Assembly: GCA_964488645.1 (NCBI GenBank)
Contig: CAZAVK010000006.1
Span: 18,548-82,547 of the forward strand
Reading direction: 5' to 3'
DNA length: 64,000 bases
Source of the DNA: an uncultured Rikenella sp.
Lineage (GTDB): Bacteria > Bacteroidota > Bacteroidia > Bacteroidales > VadinHA17
In this document: positions 9,896-18,752 of the stretch, in pieces
Numbering within the stretch: the first letter of the stretch is position 1
Layout of the letters: each line of letters begins with the position of its first letter
Program-made: the position numbers and the translations under genes
Notes under the pieces: generated by a model
Database searches by the model: none
Told to the model about the DNA's origin: nothing
What the model saw: only the letters and a program-made list of their open reading frames with translations

Positions 9896-11848
9896 TCATT
9901 TTCCAAAAGTCACCTGCCTCAGGATGGTGCCTCCCATCGGTACCAGTACCACCTCTTCCGGGGCGCCGGTCTCCGGGTTGATCAGGCTCATCCTGAATCG
10001 CAGTCCCTCCTCCTTAACAGGCTGCCCGTTGCCGTCATACCTGTAGATCACCGGCTCGCCCTTGCTCCTGTACTCATAATCGCGGAATCCCACGGCATAG
10101 ACCACCGCAGGGGTCTCTTCAGCCTCAATGGGGCGGGCCAGCACCAGGGGGCCACAGGCAAAATAGTACTCATCATTGAATTGCTCTGCCCTGGGCACTG
10201 CCTCAAACTCAACCTCGAACTCTTCGGTGCCGCTCCATCTCCTCTCTATCACAATCATGTCGTCAACACGGGAATGATCGGTTGACACCTTTACTCTCCC
10301 TGCCCATCCGGGTATCCTGATCTTGAGCGCGAACTCTGCCGGCTGCTCAACCTCGGTCGTGAACCTTATCCTGGTATCATACGGGTAATCAGTCTCTTCA
10401 CTGATTCTGACCCTGGTCTCCTTCACCGTGGTTGTCACCTCGCAGGGTCCCAGCAGCGATGCTATCAGTCCATCATCTGCTCTCAGCCACATGTTATGCA
10501 CATAGTAGGGTGCTATGCGTCCCGCGTTGGGCACGCAGCAGACGGCAGCCTCCTTGTGTACAGGCGAGTATTTGTAGCGGGTCTGTTTCACCTTGGAGCC
10601 GGGCTCCTCATGCCCGTTTTTATTGCCGGCCATCTGGTATGAGTTGTCGGTCTTCAGGTAGGCGATGGCGCTCTTTTCTGGGTGACGGGCACCCTGTGCG
10701 GCGTTGAAGAAGAGGTGTTCCGCCTTGTCGGCATACTCCATCCTGCCGGTTTTTTGTGTCAGCATGGCGTAGCTGTGCAGCAGCTCCTGCAGTGAGCAGT
10801 ACTCATATCCGGTGGTGGTGGCATCGGCTGCCCTTCCTCCCACCCACTCATCGCCTACCGGTCCGCCTGACGGGGTGGTTGCCCGTTCAATGCGCTGCAG
10901 GTAGATGCCGAGCGCCCTCTCCAGGGCAGGGTTACCGGTGGCGAAGGCGGCGATGGTCAGCGCCCTCAGGTGCTCATAGGTGTGCACACCGTGCCCCTTC
11001 AGCCGGTACTCAGGGTCGATGATGCTGGGGTACTGGATATCGGTCTCGGAGACCTCATGCGAGGAGTACTCCTTGTATAGGAAGAGGGCATAGTCACGGT
11101 ACTCCTGCTTCCCGGTGAGCTGGAAGAGCCGGTCGAGCACATCGGTAAAGGTGAGGCCGTGAGCATTGCCGCCGTTGGAGTTCGGGTAGTAGTAGGGCGT
11201 AGATTCGTTGATCCGGAAGTTGTCCATCACATTCTGCACCCCGCGCTCCACCGCCTCCAGCACTCGGGTGTCGCCGGTGAACTCATAGTATGCAAGAAGC
11301 TCCCTGAAGAGGCTGGCCTTCGCCCATAGCTCGCCGTTCTCGCCGGTGAAGTTGTAGCGCAGGTCGGGAGCATAGATGCCAAGGTAACCATCCTCATCCT
11401 GGGTGGAGAGGATATAGCTGACATGTTCCCTGACCTTTTCAAGGTGCTGCCGGTCATTGACCAGGAATGCCGAACGCACATAGCCGTCGCGCCAGTTCGA
11501 CTGGGTCTCGCTGTTCCACCAGAGGTACTGCACATTCCAGTCGGCCACTTCGGCGACATTGCCTACATCCTTGGATTTCACATCGCGTGTCAGCCGGTCT
11601 CTGCCGTAAATGTCATCATCGATGATCAGGTCGGGCACCAGCCGGTCGAGGTTGCCGGTGAACCCTGCGAGGTTGTCTGAGATCTGCTCTGCCAGCCACC
11701 CCCTGGGGGCTATCTCATTCAGCGGAAGCAGCTCGGTCGCCTCCTGCAGCGGCCTGACCACCGCAAACGGAGAGGCCTCCTTTTTGTGGCAGGCTACCAG
11801 CAGTGTCGCCAGCAGGGCTATCATCAGCAGAATAAGGTATGGTTTCAT
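9896..11848 (-). CDS. GH127-like (beta-L-arabinofuranosidase family) glycoside hydrolase lipoprotein
   Basis: Lipobox LLVAC after MKPYL (start 11848); GYEYC and AVCC Zn/Cys motifs; YPYDTRI C-terminal beta domain. Confidence 0.82.
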   Translation of the reverse strand: MKPYLILLMIALLATLLVACHKKEASPFAVVRPLQEATELLPLNEIAPRGWLAEQISDNLAGFTGNLDRLVPDLIIDDDIYGRDRLTRDVKSKDVGNVAEVADWNVQYLWWNSETQSNWRDGYVRSAFLVNDRQHLEKVREHVSYILSTQDEDGYLGIYAPDLRYNFTGENGELWAKASLFRELLAYYEFTGDTRVLEAVERGVQNVMDNFRINESTPYYYPNSNGGNAHGLTFTDVLDRLFQLTGKQEYRDYALFLYKEYSSHEVSETDIQYPSIIDPEYRLKGHGVHTYEHLRALTIAAFATGNPALERALGIYLQRIERATTPSGGPVGDEWVGGRAADATTTGYEYCSLQELLHSYAMLTQKTGRMEYADKAEHLFFNAAQGARHPEKSAIAYLKTDNSYQMAGNKNGHEEPGSKVKQTRYKYSPVHKEAAVCCVPNAGRIAPYYVHNMWLRADDGLIASLLGPCEVTTTVKETRVRISEETDYPYDTRIRFTTEVEQPAEFALKIRIPGWAGRVKVSTDHSRVDDMIVIERRWSGTEEFEVEFEAVPRAEQFNDEYYFACGPLVLARPIEAEETPAVVYAVGFRDYEYRSKGEPVIYRYDGNGQPVKEEGLRFRMSLINPETGAPEEVVLVPMGGTILRQVTFGK

Positions 11849-11913
11849 TCTGAAGGTTTTTACTTTCACTCTTATCAACTCTTTGAGGGATTTTGTCCTG
11901 TCTGTTGTTGTGG

Positions 11914-12939
11914 TCAGGCCCTGGTATCCCGGGCATGCTCCTCCAGTGCTTCGCTGAAGGCTGTCATATTCTCCGGCGGCGTAAACCTGGGCACCTCACA
12001 TCCGGCACTGATACATGCCTTACCCTGCGATTCGGCGATGGACCTGCGCACTGCCGCCTTCACCTCCTCAACCGTACCGTTGAGCATCACCGCCACCGGA
12101 TCGGCATTGCCGTTCACCACCGACACACCGTCGAGAATCTCCACCGCACGCTTCATATCAACCATCCAGTCAATATCGACTATATCGCACCTGAGGCTCT
12201 TAATATCTTCGAGAATACGGTTTATGTCGCCGCAGATATGGAGCTTCACCACCGCCCCGGCCTGCTGCACCGCCTCGACTATCCTCTTTTCGTAGGGCAG
12301 CACCTTCTCAGCATAAAGGCTACGACTGACCAGCGATGCGGCGGCGTCACCGATGCCGATTATATCTGCGCCGGCCTCAATCTGTGCCTTTGCGCACAGG
12401 ATGGCCTGCTGAGTACACTTCTCCATCAGCTCGGCGAACAGCTCCTCACTCTCATCATCAATGATGTCGAGCAGGCTGTTGTTGATGCCCCGCAGGTCAC
12501 TCGCCTCAGCCAGCGGACCCTCAACCCATCCGATAATCGGGTAATGATTGCCCATCTCCTTCCTGAAGAGTTCAATGGCACGTATCCGGTCGAGCATACG
12601 CACCGATTCCCACGGGTCGAAGAGCTTCAACCTGGTGACATCTTCCAGCTCGGGCAGAAGAACCCTCTTAGGGTACGGAAGGTCATCCTCGCGGTAGATC
12701 AGCTCGGTACCGAAATCGGCGGTCTCCCTGACCGGGTCAGACATGGTGGAGAGGGCGTCAATACCGAAGTCAACCGTGGTTTTGATATTGCCCTCAACCA
12801 GCACCCGGTAGTCGGTACAGAACTCACCATAGGGCCGGTTGATGTGCCGGGCGGCAAAGAACATCACAATATTCAGGTTGGGAAGCCTGTCAACCGGTTT
12901 CCCCTCAAGCATCGCGTAGAGGCGTTCGTATGGAGTCAT
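11914..12939 (-). CDS. MtaA/CmuA-like (UROD-fold) corrinoid methyltransferase
   Basis: Zn-ligand motifs KLHICG and SAGCEVP; GPLAEA and GNADP; adjacent to a corrinoid protein cluster. Confidence 0.88.
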   Translation of the reverse strand: MTPYERLYAMLEGKPVDRLPNLNIVMFFAARHINRPYGEFCTDYRVLVEGNIKTTVDFGIDALSTMSDPVRETADFGTELIYREDDLPYPKRVLLPELEDVTRLKLFDPWESVRMLDRIRAIELFRKEMGNHYPIIGWVEGPLAEASDLRGINNSLLDIIDDESEELFAELMEKCTQQAILCAKAQIEAGADIIGIGDAAASLVSRSLYAEKVLPYEKRIVEAVQQAGAVVKLHICGDINRILEDIKSLRCDIVDIDWMVDMKRAVEILDGVSVVNGNADPVAVMLNGTVEEVKAAVRRSIAESQGKACISAGCEVPRFTPPENMTAFSEALEEHARDTRA

Positions 12940-13128
12940 ATCAATAGCTTGGTTTTTATTTTTATGTCTGTCTGGTTAATTATGATTCCTCATGTCTCAA
13001 ACTGCTTTGCCGGCTACAATCTGATTCTTTCGGCGCCGGCCGGTTATGCTTTCCTTCATCTGCTATTGCCTGGTTCTGTATCTCTAAGTCAGCCGTGTCA
13101 CTTTCTTGTTGCTTTACTCTTTTTCAAC

Positions 13129-13237
13129 TTACGGAGGTTGCTGCCTGTTGCCACCTTTGCTGTATCAGGAGGCTCTTGCTTTTCATCACCTTTGCTGTGT
13201 CAGCAGGCTCCTGCCTGTCGCCACCTTTCCTGTATCA
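13129..13237. repeat. 35-bp tandem repeat x3; the first copy shares 15 bp with the 3' end of the upstream gene
   Basis: Units g(g/c)agg...cacctttgctgtatca at 13133, 13168 and 13203; ttacggaggttgctg occurs at both 13129 and 13324 (inside the CDS). Confidence 0.85.
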
Positions 13238-13292
13238 CCTCTTTACCGGTTCCCGTATCAGTTTTGTCATCCCTTCTCTTTCTGCATATGTA

Positions 13293-14006
13293 TCATGGGT
13301 GACCGGTCAGCTTATGCCTCCTGTTACGGAGGTTGCTGGCGCAATCCTTCATGGTGCAGATGTCACATCCGTAAGGACGTCTTTTCACATCACTGCCCAC
13401 CGCAATTATCCCGCTGACCGACTTAACCGGTATCATCAGTGAAGAGGCGGTCAGGGTGATGCCGGTGATTCCCTCCGGCAGCAGTGCAAAGAGCTTCTTC
13501 TGCTCCTGCAGGCTCCAGTCGCAATAGCCCGGGCTGTAGTTATTGCTGATTTTCAATCCTGCCTTTGCAGCTTCGCGGCTGAGATGTTCATTCAGCAACT
13601 GGGCGGCGCCCTCTGCGATGACTGACCCCAGTGCATCGGCTATGAACTCGAGCAGTATGTTATCCTCTCTCTTCAGCTCCTGCAGCCGGTTATGGAACTC
13701 CATTCCGGCGGTGGCGGTGAAGAGGGCTATCTGTGTCGCCTCCTTCATGGCATGGGTAATAATGGCACCGGTATTGAATATGGTTCCGCCCGCCTCTATC
13801 CGCCTCTTGTCAACCGCCCTCCCGGGGAAAAGCGCGTAGCCGTAACGGGGTCTGCAGTGGCTGCGCAGCATCCCGGTCACCTCATCTATCATGGCAATGA
13901 TCTCCTCAGGCGGGGTGTGGTCGCCGTACCCCATCAGCCGGTAGAGCTCGCCGGTATCAATCGGGAGGTTATCGAGGGTGGTATCATAATAGCTGACCTG
14001 CTCCAT
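13293..14006 (-). CDS. Stand-alone B12-dependent methionine synthase activation (reactivation)-domain protein
   Basis: ALFTATAG, YSPGYCDW and SLMIPVKSVSGII motifs; C-terminal CxxCxxxxC (CDICTMKDC). Confidence 0.85.
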   Translation of the reverse strand: MEQVSYYDTTLDNLPIDTGELYRLMGYGDHTPPEEIIAMIDEVTGMLRSHCRPRYGYALFPGRAVDKRRIEAGGTIFNTGAIITHAMKEATQIALFTATAGMEFHNRLQELKREDNILLEFIADALGSVIAEGAAQLLNEHLSREAAKAGLKISNNYSPGYCDWSLQEQKKLFALLPEGITGITLTASSLMIPVKSVSGIIAVGSDVKRRPYGCDICTMKDCASNLRNRRHKLTGHP

Positions 14007-14019
14007 GCTTCGAGATCAT

Positions 14020-15030
14020 TCACCTGCCGTTCCAGGCAGAGAGCGCCTCATAAAAGGCTTCGATATTTTCATGCGGCACATGCGGCGGTACGTCGCAGCC
14101 GGTGGAGAGTACGAAATTAGGAAAGGGAGCTGTCTGTTCAAGCAGCTCGGTGGTCGCCTTATGAACCTCGGCGGACGTGCCCGACCTGAAAAGGGAGACC
14201 GGATCGAGGTTGCCCATCACCAGTGCTGTGGGAGGGATGGCCTGCAGGGCATCAGTCATATTCATCACATTGCCGAAATGATAGCCCCACGCGCCTGTCT
14301 CACTCATTGCCCGGGTGCAGTGGCCGGTGTTGCCGCAGTTGTGCAGTATGACCATGAATGAGTCATCCTGCAGCGCATCAACTATCTCTTTTATGTATGC
14401 CGATGAGTAGGTGCTGCAGAGGTTGTTTGAGAGGAGGCCGGCTGCCGGTTCGGCAATAATCACCCCCTGTGCTCCCTGGCGTCTGATCTCCCTGCCGTAG
14501 CCGGTCAGCCATGCGGTACACTTCTCCAGCAGCAGCTCAGCTGTATCGGGCTCATCGATGCATGCCATCATAAACTCAGACATGTCATAGAGCCTGCCGG
14601 CCAGGGTGAAGGGTCCGGTCATCCCTCCGAATACCGGCTTGCCGGGGATATTTTCCGCGGCAAGGCGGGCTGCCAGCAGATATTGGGGTACCCGGCCTGC
14701 CGACGTATCAGGTATCCCGAGCCCGGCAACATCCTCCTCGCTGCTCAGCAGCCGTCCGGTCACCGACGGTATCTCATCTTCCGGGAAGTGTACCCTGGCG
14801 CCGAATGCCTCCGCCTCAACCGTCAGGTCCATGATGGTGGTGCATGCTGCAGCCGGATAACGGTCATTGAGAGCCTTTATCGCCTCGTAGTGCACCCTGC
14901 CGTCACTCACCGCCTCCCTGACCGTTCTGCCCAGCAGCTCTATGCCCGGATGGGTCATGACAGGAACCGCAATGCGGTCACTCCGGTTAATGACACCGGC
15001 AATCCATTCTCTCATATTCATTTCAGTCAT
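14020..15030 (-). CDS. MtaA/CmuA-like (UROD-fold) corrinoid methyltransferase
   Basis: MDLTVEAEAFG, GPFTLA and GNLDP; Zn ligands ILHNCG and STGCDVP. Confidence 0.88.
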   Translation of the reverse strand: MTEMNMREWIAGVINRSDRIAVPVMTHPGIELLGRTVREAVSDGRVHYEAIKALNDRYPAAACTTIMDLTVEAEAFGARVHFPEDEIPSVTGRLLSSEEDVAGLGIPDTSAGRVPQYLLAARLAAENIPGKPVFGGMTGPFTLAGRLYDMSEFMMACIDEPDTAELLLEKCTAWLTGYGREIRRQGAQGVIIAEPAAGLLSNNLCSTYSSAYIKEIVDALQDDSFMVILHNCGNTGHCTRAMSETGAWGYHFGNVMNMTDALQAIPPTALVMGNLDPVSLFRSGTSAEVHKATTELLEQTAPFPNFVLSTGCDVPPHVPHENIEAFYEALSAWNGR

Positions 15031-15048
15031 CGCTTGCGGAAGTCGGGG

Positions 15049-15693
15049 TTATGAGATGCCCATCAGCTCCCTGGCCTTCCTCACTGCCGAGTTGGCGCTG
15101 TCACTGTACCCGTCTGCCCCTATCTCCGTTGCAAACCGTTCACTCACCGGGGCGCCTCCGATCATCACCTTCACCCGGTCACGCAGATGAGCCTCCTTCA
15201 GGGCATCGATCACACTCTTCATGTTGGGCATGGTTGTGGTTAGCAGGGCGCTCAGTCCGACGATATCGGCATTATGCTCCCTCACTGCCTCAAGGAATTT
15301 ATCGCTGCCGGCATCTATGCCCAGGTCAATCACCCTGAAGCCGCATCCCTCAAGCATTGATGCGACAAGGTTCTTGCCGATGTCATGCAGGTCGCCCTGC
15401 ACCGTGCCGATCACCACCGTACCCAGCGTGCTGATCTGTTCTCCCCCCTGCAGTAGCGGCTGCAGCAGGGCCAGGGAGGCCTTCATGGCACGGCTCGAGA
15501 GAAGCAGCTCGGGAACGAACGCCTCCTGCTTCTCAAAACGGCGCCCGATCTCCTCCATCGCCCTGATCATATGTTCTTCGATCAGCACCTGCGGAGAGAC
15601 ATTGTTGTCAAGTGCCTGACGGGTTACGGCAACCGCATCCTTGTGCCGGCCATTGAGAACAGCCTCATAAAGCAGATTCAAGTCAACATCCAT
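15049..15693 (-). CDS. Corrinoid (cobalamin-binding) methyl-carrier protein, MtbC/MttC-like
   Basis: Helical cap (FVPELL) followed by GDLHDIGKNLV (DxHxxG), SALLT and GGAP. Confidence 0.95.
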   Translation of the reverse strand: MDVDLNLLYEAVLNGRHKDAVAVTRQALDNNVSPQVLIEEHMIRAMEEIGRRFEKQEAFVPELLLSSRAMKASLALLQPLLQGGEQISTLGTVVIGTVQGDLHDIGKNLVASMLEGCGFRVIDLGIDAGSDKFLEAVREHNADIVGLSALLTTTMPNMKSVIDALKEAHLRDRVKVMIGGAPVSERFATEIGADGYSDSANSAVRKARELMGIS

Positions 15694-15837
15694 AACTGTT
15701 TCTATTGGTTTCTTACTGTTGTCTCCGGTTTAATATTTCTGAAGATACCTTTTCCGGAATCAGGATGCAAGATAGGCAGGCAGCCATTATTCTGCGCATG
15801 GAAGAGCAATATTTAACAGCACTTTCTCCTTTTTTGC

Positions 15838-18156
15838 TCATTCCTCCAGGAAAAATGTAGCAGATTTCAGGTCACGGCTGTTTGGGCCTGCCATCACCCT
15901 GAACTCCCCGGGTTCACAGAGGTATTCGAGTTCATAGTTGTAAAACTTCAGCATCTCAGGTGTTATCCGGAAGGTGACGGTTGCCGTCTCTCCCGGGCTG
16001 AGCGTTATCTTTTCAAATCCCTTCAGCTCCTTCACCGGCCGGGTTACCGATGCCACCACATCACGGATATAGAGCTGGACCACCTCACTGCCCTCTCTCT
16101 GTCCGGTGTTGGTTACATCTATGGCGGCCTCAATCTCTCCTCCCGCGGTCATAAGAGTATCACTGAGCACCAGGTCGCCATAGCTGAATGAGGTGTAGCT
16201 GAGCCCGTAGCCGAACGGATAAAGCGGTTCATTGACCACATCGAGGTATCCGCTGCGGAATTTCTGGAACCACTGATCCATTGGTTTGCTCACGCTCTTC
16301 AGGCTGTAGTATATGGGTATCTGCCCGACGTTCCGCGGCCATGTGGCGGTCAGCCTGCCGCCGGGGCTCACATCGCCGAATAGGACGTCAGGGATGGCAT
16401 AGGCCGCCTCCGTTCCGGGGAACCAGACATTGAGTATTGCCGGAACGTTTTCATCTTCCCAGGTTATTGTCAGTGGCCTGCCGGTAAAGAGCACCAGCAC
16501 CACCGGCTTGCCCGTGGCTACCAGCGCCTTCAGCAGCTCTCTCTGCGGTGCCGGGAGGCCTATCTCCGAGCGGCTGCTTGACTCACCGCTCATCTCCGAT
16601 GACTCGCCGAGGGTTGCGACCACCACATCGGCGCTCCGTGCCACCCGAAGGGCCTCCTCAAGCAGCTGTGCATTGGTGCGGGTATCCTTCTCAAAATCCT
16701 TGGTCAGCGAGAGCCAGAACTCATGCTCCATATTCTCATAGGGCTGACAGCCGCGGGCATAGACTACCCTGGCCTTCCCGCCGAGGTGCTCCCTCATCCC
16801 GTCGAGGAGCTTCGGTGCCTTGTTGATATCTGCAGGCCATGCCCACGAGCCTATCACGTTGGCGCTGTTGTTGCCGTGAGGTCCTATCAACGCAATTGTT
16901 CCCCTCTTCGCCAGTGGGAGAAGGCTGTTCTCATTCTTCAGCAGCACAAATGTCTCCGGGGCGATGGCGCGCGCCACACTGCGGTGCTCCGGGGTGTAGA
17001 TGTCGCGGGCCGGGCGGGTGGTGTCACAGTATTTGTACGGGTCTGTGAAAAGCCCAAGCCTGTATTTTGCCTCGAGTATGCGCCGGCATGCCTTTTCTAT
17101 CTGGTCAAGTGAGATATCTTCGGCCTCCATTGCGGCGGCCAGGTGACGGTGATAGGCATAGCTCTCCATATCCAGGTCGGTGCCTGCCCTGAGCGCCATC
17201 ACCGCACCGTCATAGGTGGTACCCATACCGAACCGTACTATATCATTGATCGAGGCATAGTCTGTCACAACGAATCCGCCGAAACCCCACTGGTCACGCA
17301 GCAGATCCTGAAGCAGCCACCTGTTGGCTGTGGCAGGCAGACCGTCAACCTCATTGAATGAGCTCATTACACTTCCGACGCCTGCCTCCACGGCAGCCCT
17401 GTATGGCAACAGGTACTCATTCAGCATCCGCTGCCGGCTCATATCGACAACGCTGTAGTCGCGGCCGGCCTCACTGGCACCGTAGAGTGCAAAATGCTTC
17501 ACGCATGCCATGATGTTACTGTTGCCGGCATAGGCGGGGTCGCCCTGGTATCCCTTCACCAGTGCCCTCGCCACGGCAGCCCCGAGGAAGGGGTCTTCGC
17601 CGGCCCCCTCGACAATACGCCCCCACCGCGGGTCACGGGCTATGTCAACCATAGGACTGTAAACCCAGTTAAGGCCGTCGGCGCTCGCCTCCACGGCAGC
17701 GATACGGGCAGCCTGCTCAATGATCTCCATATTCCACGAGGCAGCCATCCCGAGCGGAACGGGGAAGATGGTCTCATATCCATGCAGGAAATCCATTCCG
17801 AACAGCAGGGGTATCTTCATGCGGCTCTGCTCAACGGCAACCTGCTGCAGGCGGTGTATCTTCACGGCACCTTTGGCATTTATCAGTGCACCCACATGAC
17901 CTGCCCTGATCTCCTGAACCATCCTGCTCTGGTCGCTGTGCAGATCCTCACCCGAGACAGCATCGGTGCCCGAGATCAGATGCAGCTGTCCGATCTTCTC
18001 CTCCAGGGTCATCCTCTTCAGGAGGGAGGAGATGAATGCATCCATCTCCGCATCTGTGGCATCACGCCTTTCATGTGTGCATGAAACCATGATGGAGAGC
18101 AGAGTGACCATCACATACAGGGCGGGTTTGCAGCCGGAATTTCTTGTCATCAGCAT
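15838..18156 (-). CDS. bglX: GH3 beta-glucosidase BglX-like lipoprotein
   Basis: DPRWGRIVEGAGEDP, CVKHFA and nucleophile in VTDY; FN3-like C-terminus. Start is probably 18156 or 18150, ahead of lipobox IMVSC. Confidence 0.93.
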   Translation of the reverse strand: MLMTRNSGCKPALYVMVTLLSIMVSCTHERRDATDAEMDAFISSLLKRMTLEEKIGQLHLISGTDAVSGEDLHSDQSRMVQEIRAGHVGALINAKGAVKIHRLQQVAVEQSRMKIPLLFGMDFLHGYETIFPVPLGMAASWNMEIIEQAARIAAVEASADGLNWVYSPMVDIARDPRWGRIVEGAGEDPFLGAAVARALVKGYQGDPAYAGNSNIMACVKHFALYGASEAGRDYSVVDMSRQRMLNEYLLPYRAAVEAGVGSVMSSFNEVDGLPATANRWLLQDLLRDQWGFGGFVVTDYASINDIVRFGMGTTYDGAVMALRAGTDLDMESYAYHRHLAAAMEAEDISLDQIEKACRRILEAKYRLGLFTDPYKYCDTTRPARDIYTPEHRSVARAIAPETFVLLKNENSLLPLAKRGTIALIGPHGNNSANVIGSWAWPADINKAPKLLDGMREHLGGKARVVYARGCQPYENMEHEFWLSLTKDFEKDTRTNAQLLEEALRVARSADVVVATLGESSEMSGESSSRSEIGLPAPQRELLKALVATGKPVVLVLFTGRPLTITWEDENVPAILNVWFPGTEAAYAIPDVLFGDVSPGGRLTATWPRNVGQIPIYYSLKSVSKPMDQWFQKFRSGYLDVVNEPLYPFGYGLSYTSFSYGDLVLSDTLMTAGGEIEAAIDVTNTGQREGSEVVQLYIRDVVASVTRPVKELKGFEKITLSPGETATVTFRITPEMLKFYNYELEYLCEPGEFRVMAGPNSRDLKSATFFLEE

Positions 18157-18227
18157 TGATTTATGGTTAGTCTGTAGAGTAAGAGCGGAAAGCTGCCCGT
18201 TGCGGGAGGCTCTTATACGCAAATCTA

Positions 18228-18680
18228 CTATGTCAGCCGCCATTCTGCAAGCAGCAGGCCTCTCTTTATGTGGTTATTTGTATTCAGCATAATCCTGTCG
18301 GCCGTCTCGAGGATGTTTTTCAGAACAGGCTTGGGGTTGCCCATCATGATACCGTTGTTCTGCGATGAGCTGGCATACTCGATATACCATTTATAGTTCC
18401 GTATCTGCCACAGGTCAAACATCTCTTCCGGTTCAAAGAGGTCGAAGAATGTTACATCAGTCTCAATATTCTGCATCCCGATGGCCACCGCAAAGAGTTC
18501 GCGCATGATGGTGACCGGGTTCACCCGCCTGAGGATGTAGATATCATCGGAGAAGAGGCTCCTGACCAGCCGGTCTGGCCTGACAGGAGATTGATGGCCA
18601 GGAAACCCAGCAAAAGCTGTAACCAAATAACTCTCATATGATTCTCTTTTGAATTGATCCTTCGGAAAGAGCGACACCAC
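18228..18680 (-). pseudogene. Internal fragment of a histidine acid phosphatase (Minpp/phytase-like)
   Basis: PDRLVRSLF...MRELF...MQN...DLF..EE.FDLWQ..NY.WY...LKNILETAD resembles the middle of Bacteroidota histidine-type phosphatases. The RHGxRxP and HD motifs are absent and there is no signal peptide. Confidence 0.6.
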
Positions 18681-18752
18681 AAACTAAACCCAATTTATTT
18701 AAAAAATCATGGAAATTGGTAAGTTAGTACCTTTAAAAAGGAGCAGCAGGTT

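Noticed and set aside
13133-13237. 35-bp repeats as a CRISPR mini-array
   Set aside because: The length is CRISPR-like, but there are no spacers and the units are diverged.
11893-13302. 469-aa plus-strand ORF
   Set aside because: Antisense shadow of the MtaA-like gene running into repeat DNA; no recognisable motifs.
11914-15030. Annotation as heme-pathway uroporphyrinogen decarboxylases (hemE)
   Set aside because: Both have MtaA-type HxC...C Zn ligands, lack the HemE N-terminal RQAGR motif, and flank a corrinoid protein.
15049-15693. Trimethylamine/pyrrolysine methyltransferase system
   Set aside because: No MttB/MtbB/MtmB gene, in-frame amber codon or pyl gene is seen; the corrinoid protein alone does not define the substrate.
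15694-15837. Cobalamin riboswitch upstream of the corrinoid genes
   Set aside because: No B12-box or conserved core is visible; only a weak promoter-like tatcttgc (15767-15774, minus strand).
18157-18243. N-terminal extension of bglX
   Set aside because: The lipoprotein signal starts at 18156 or 18150; the extension overlaps the phosphatase remnant.
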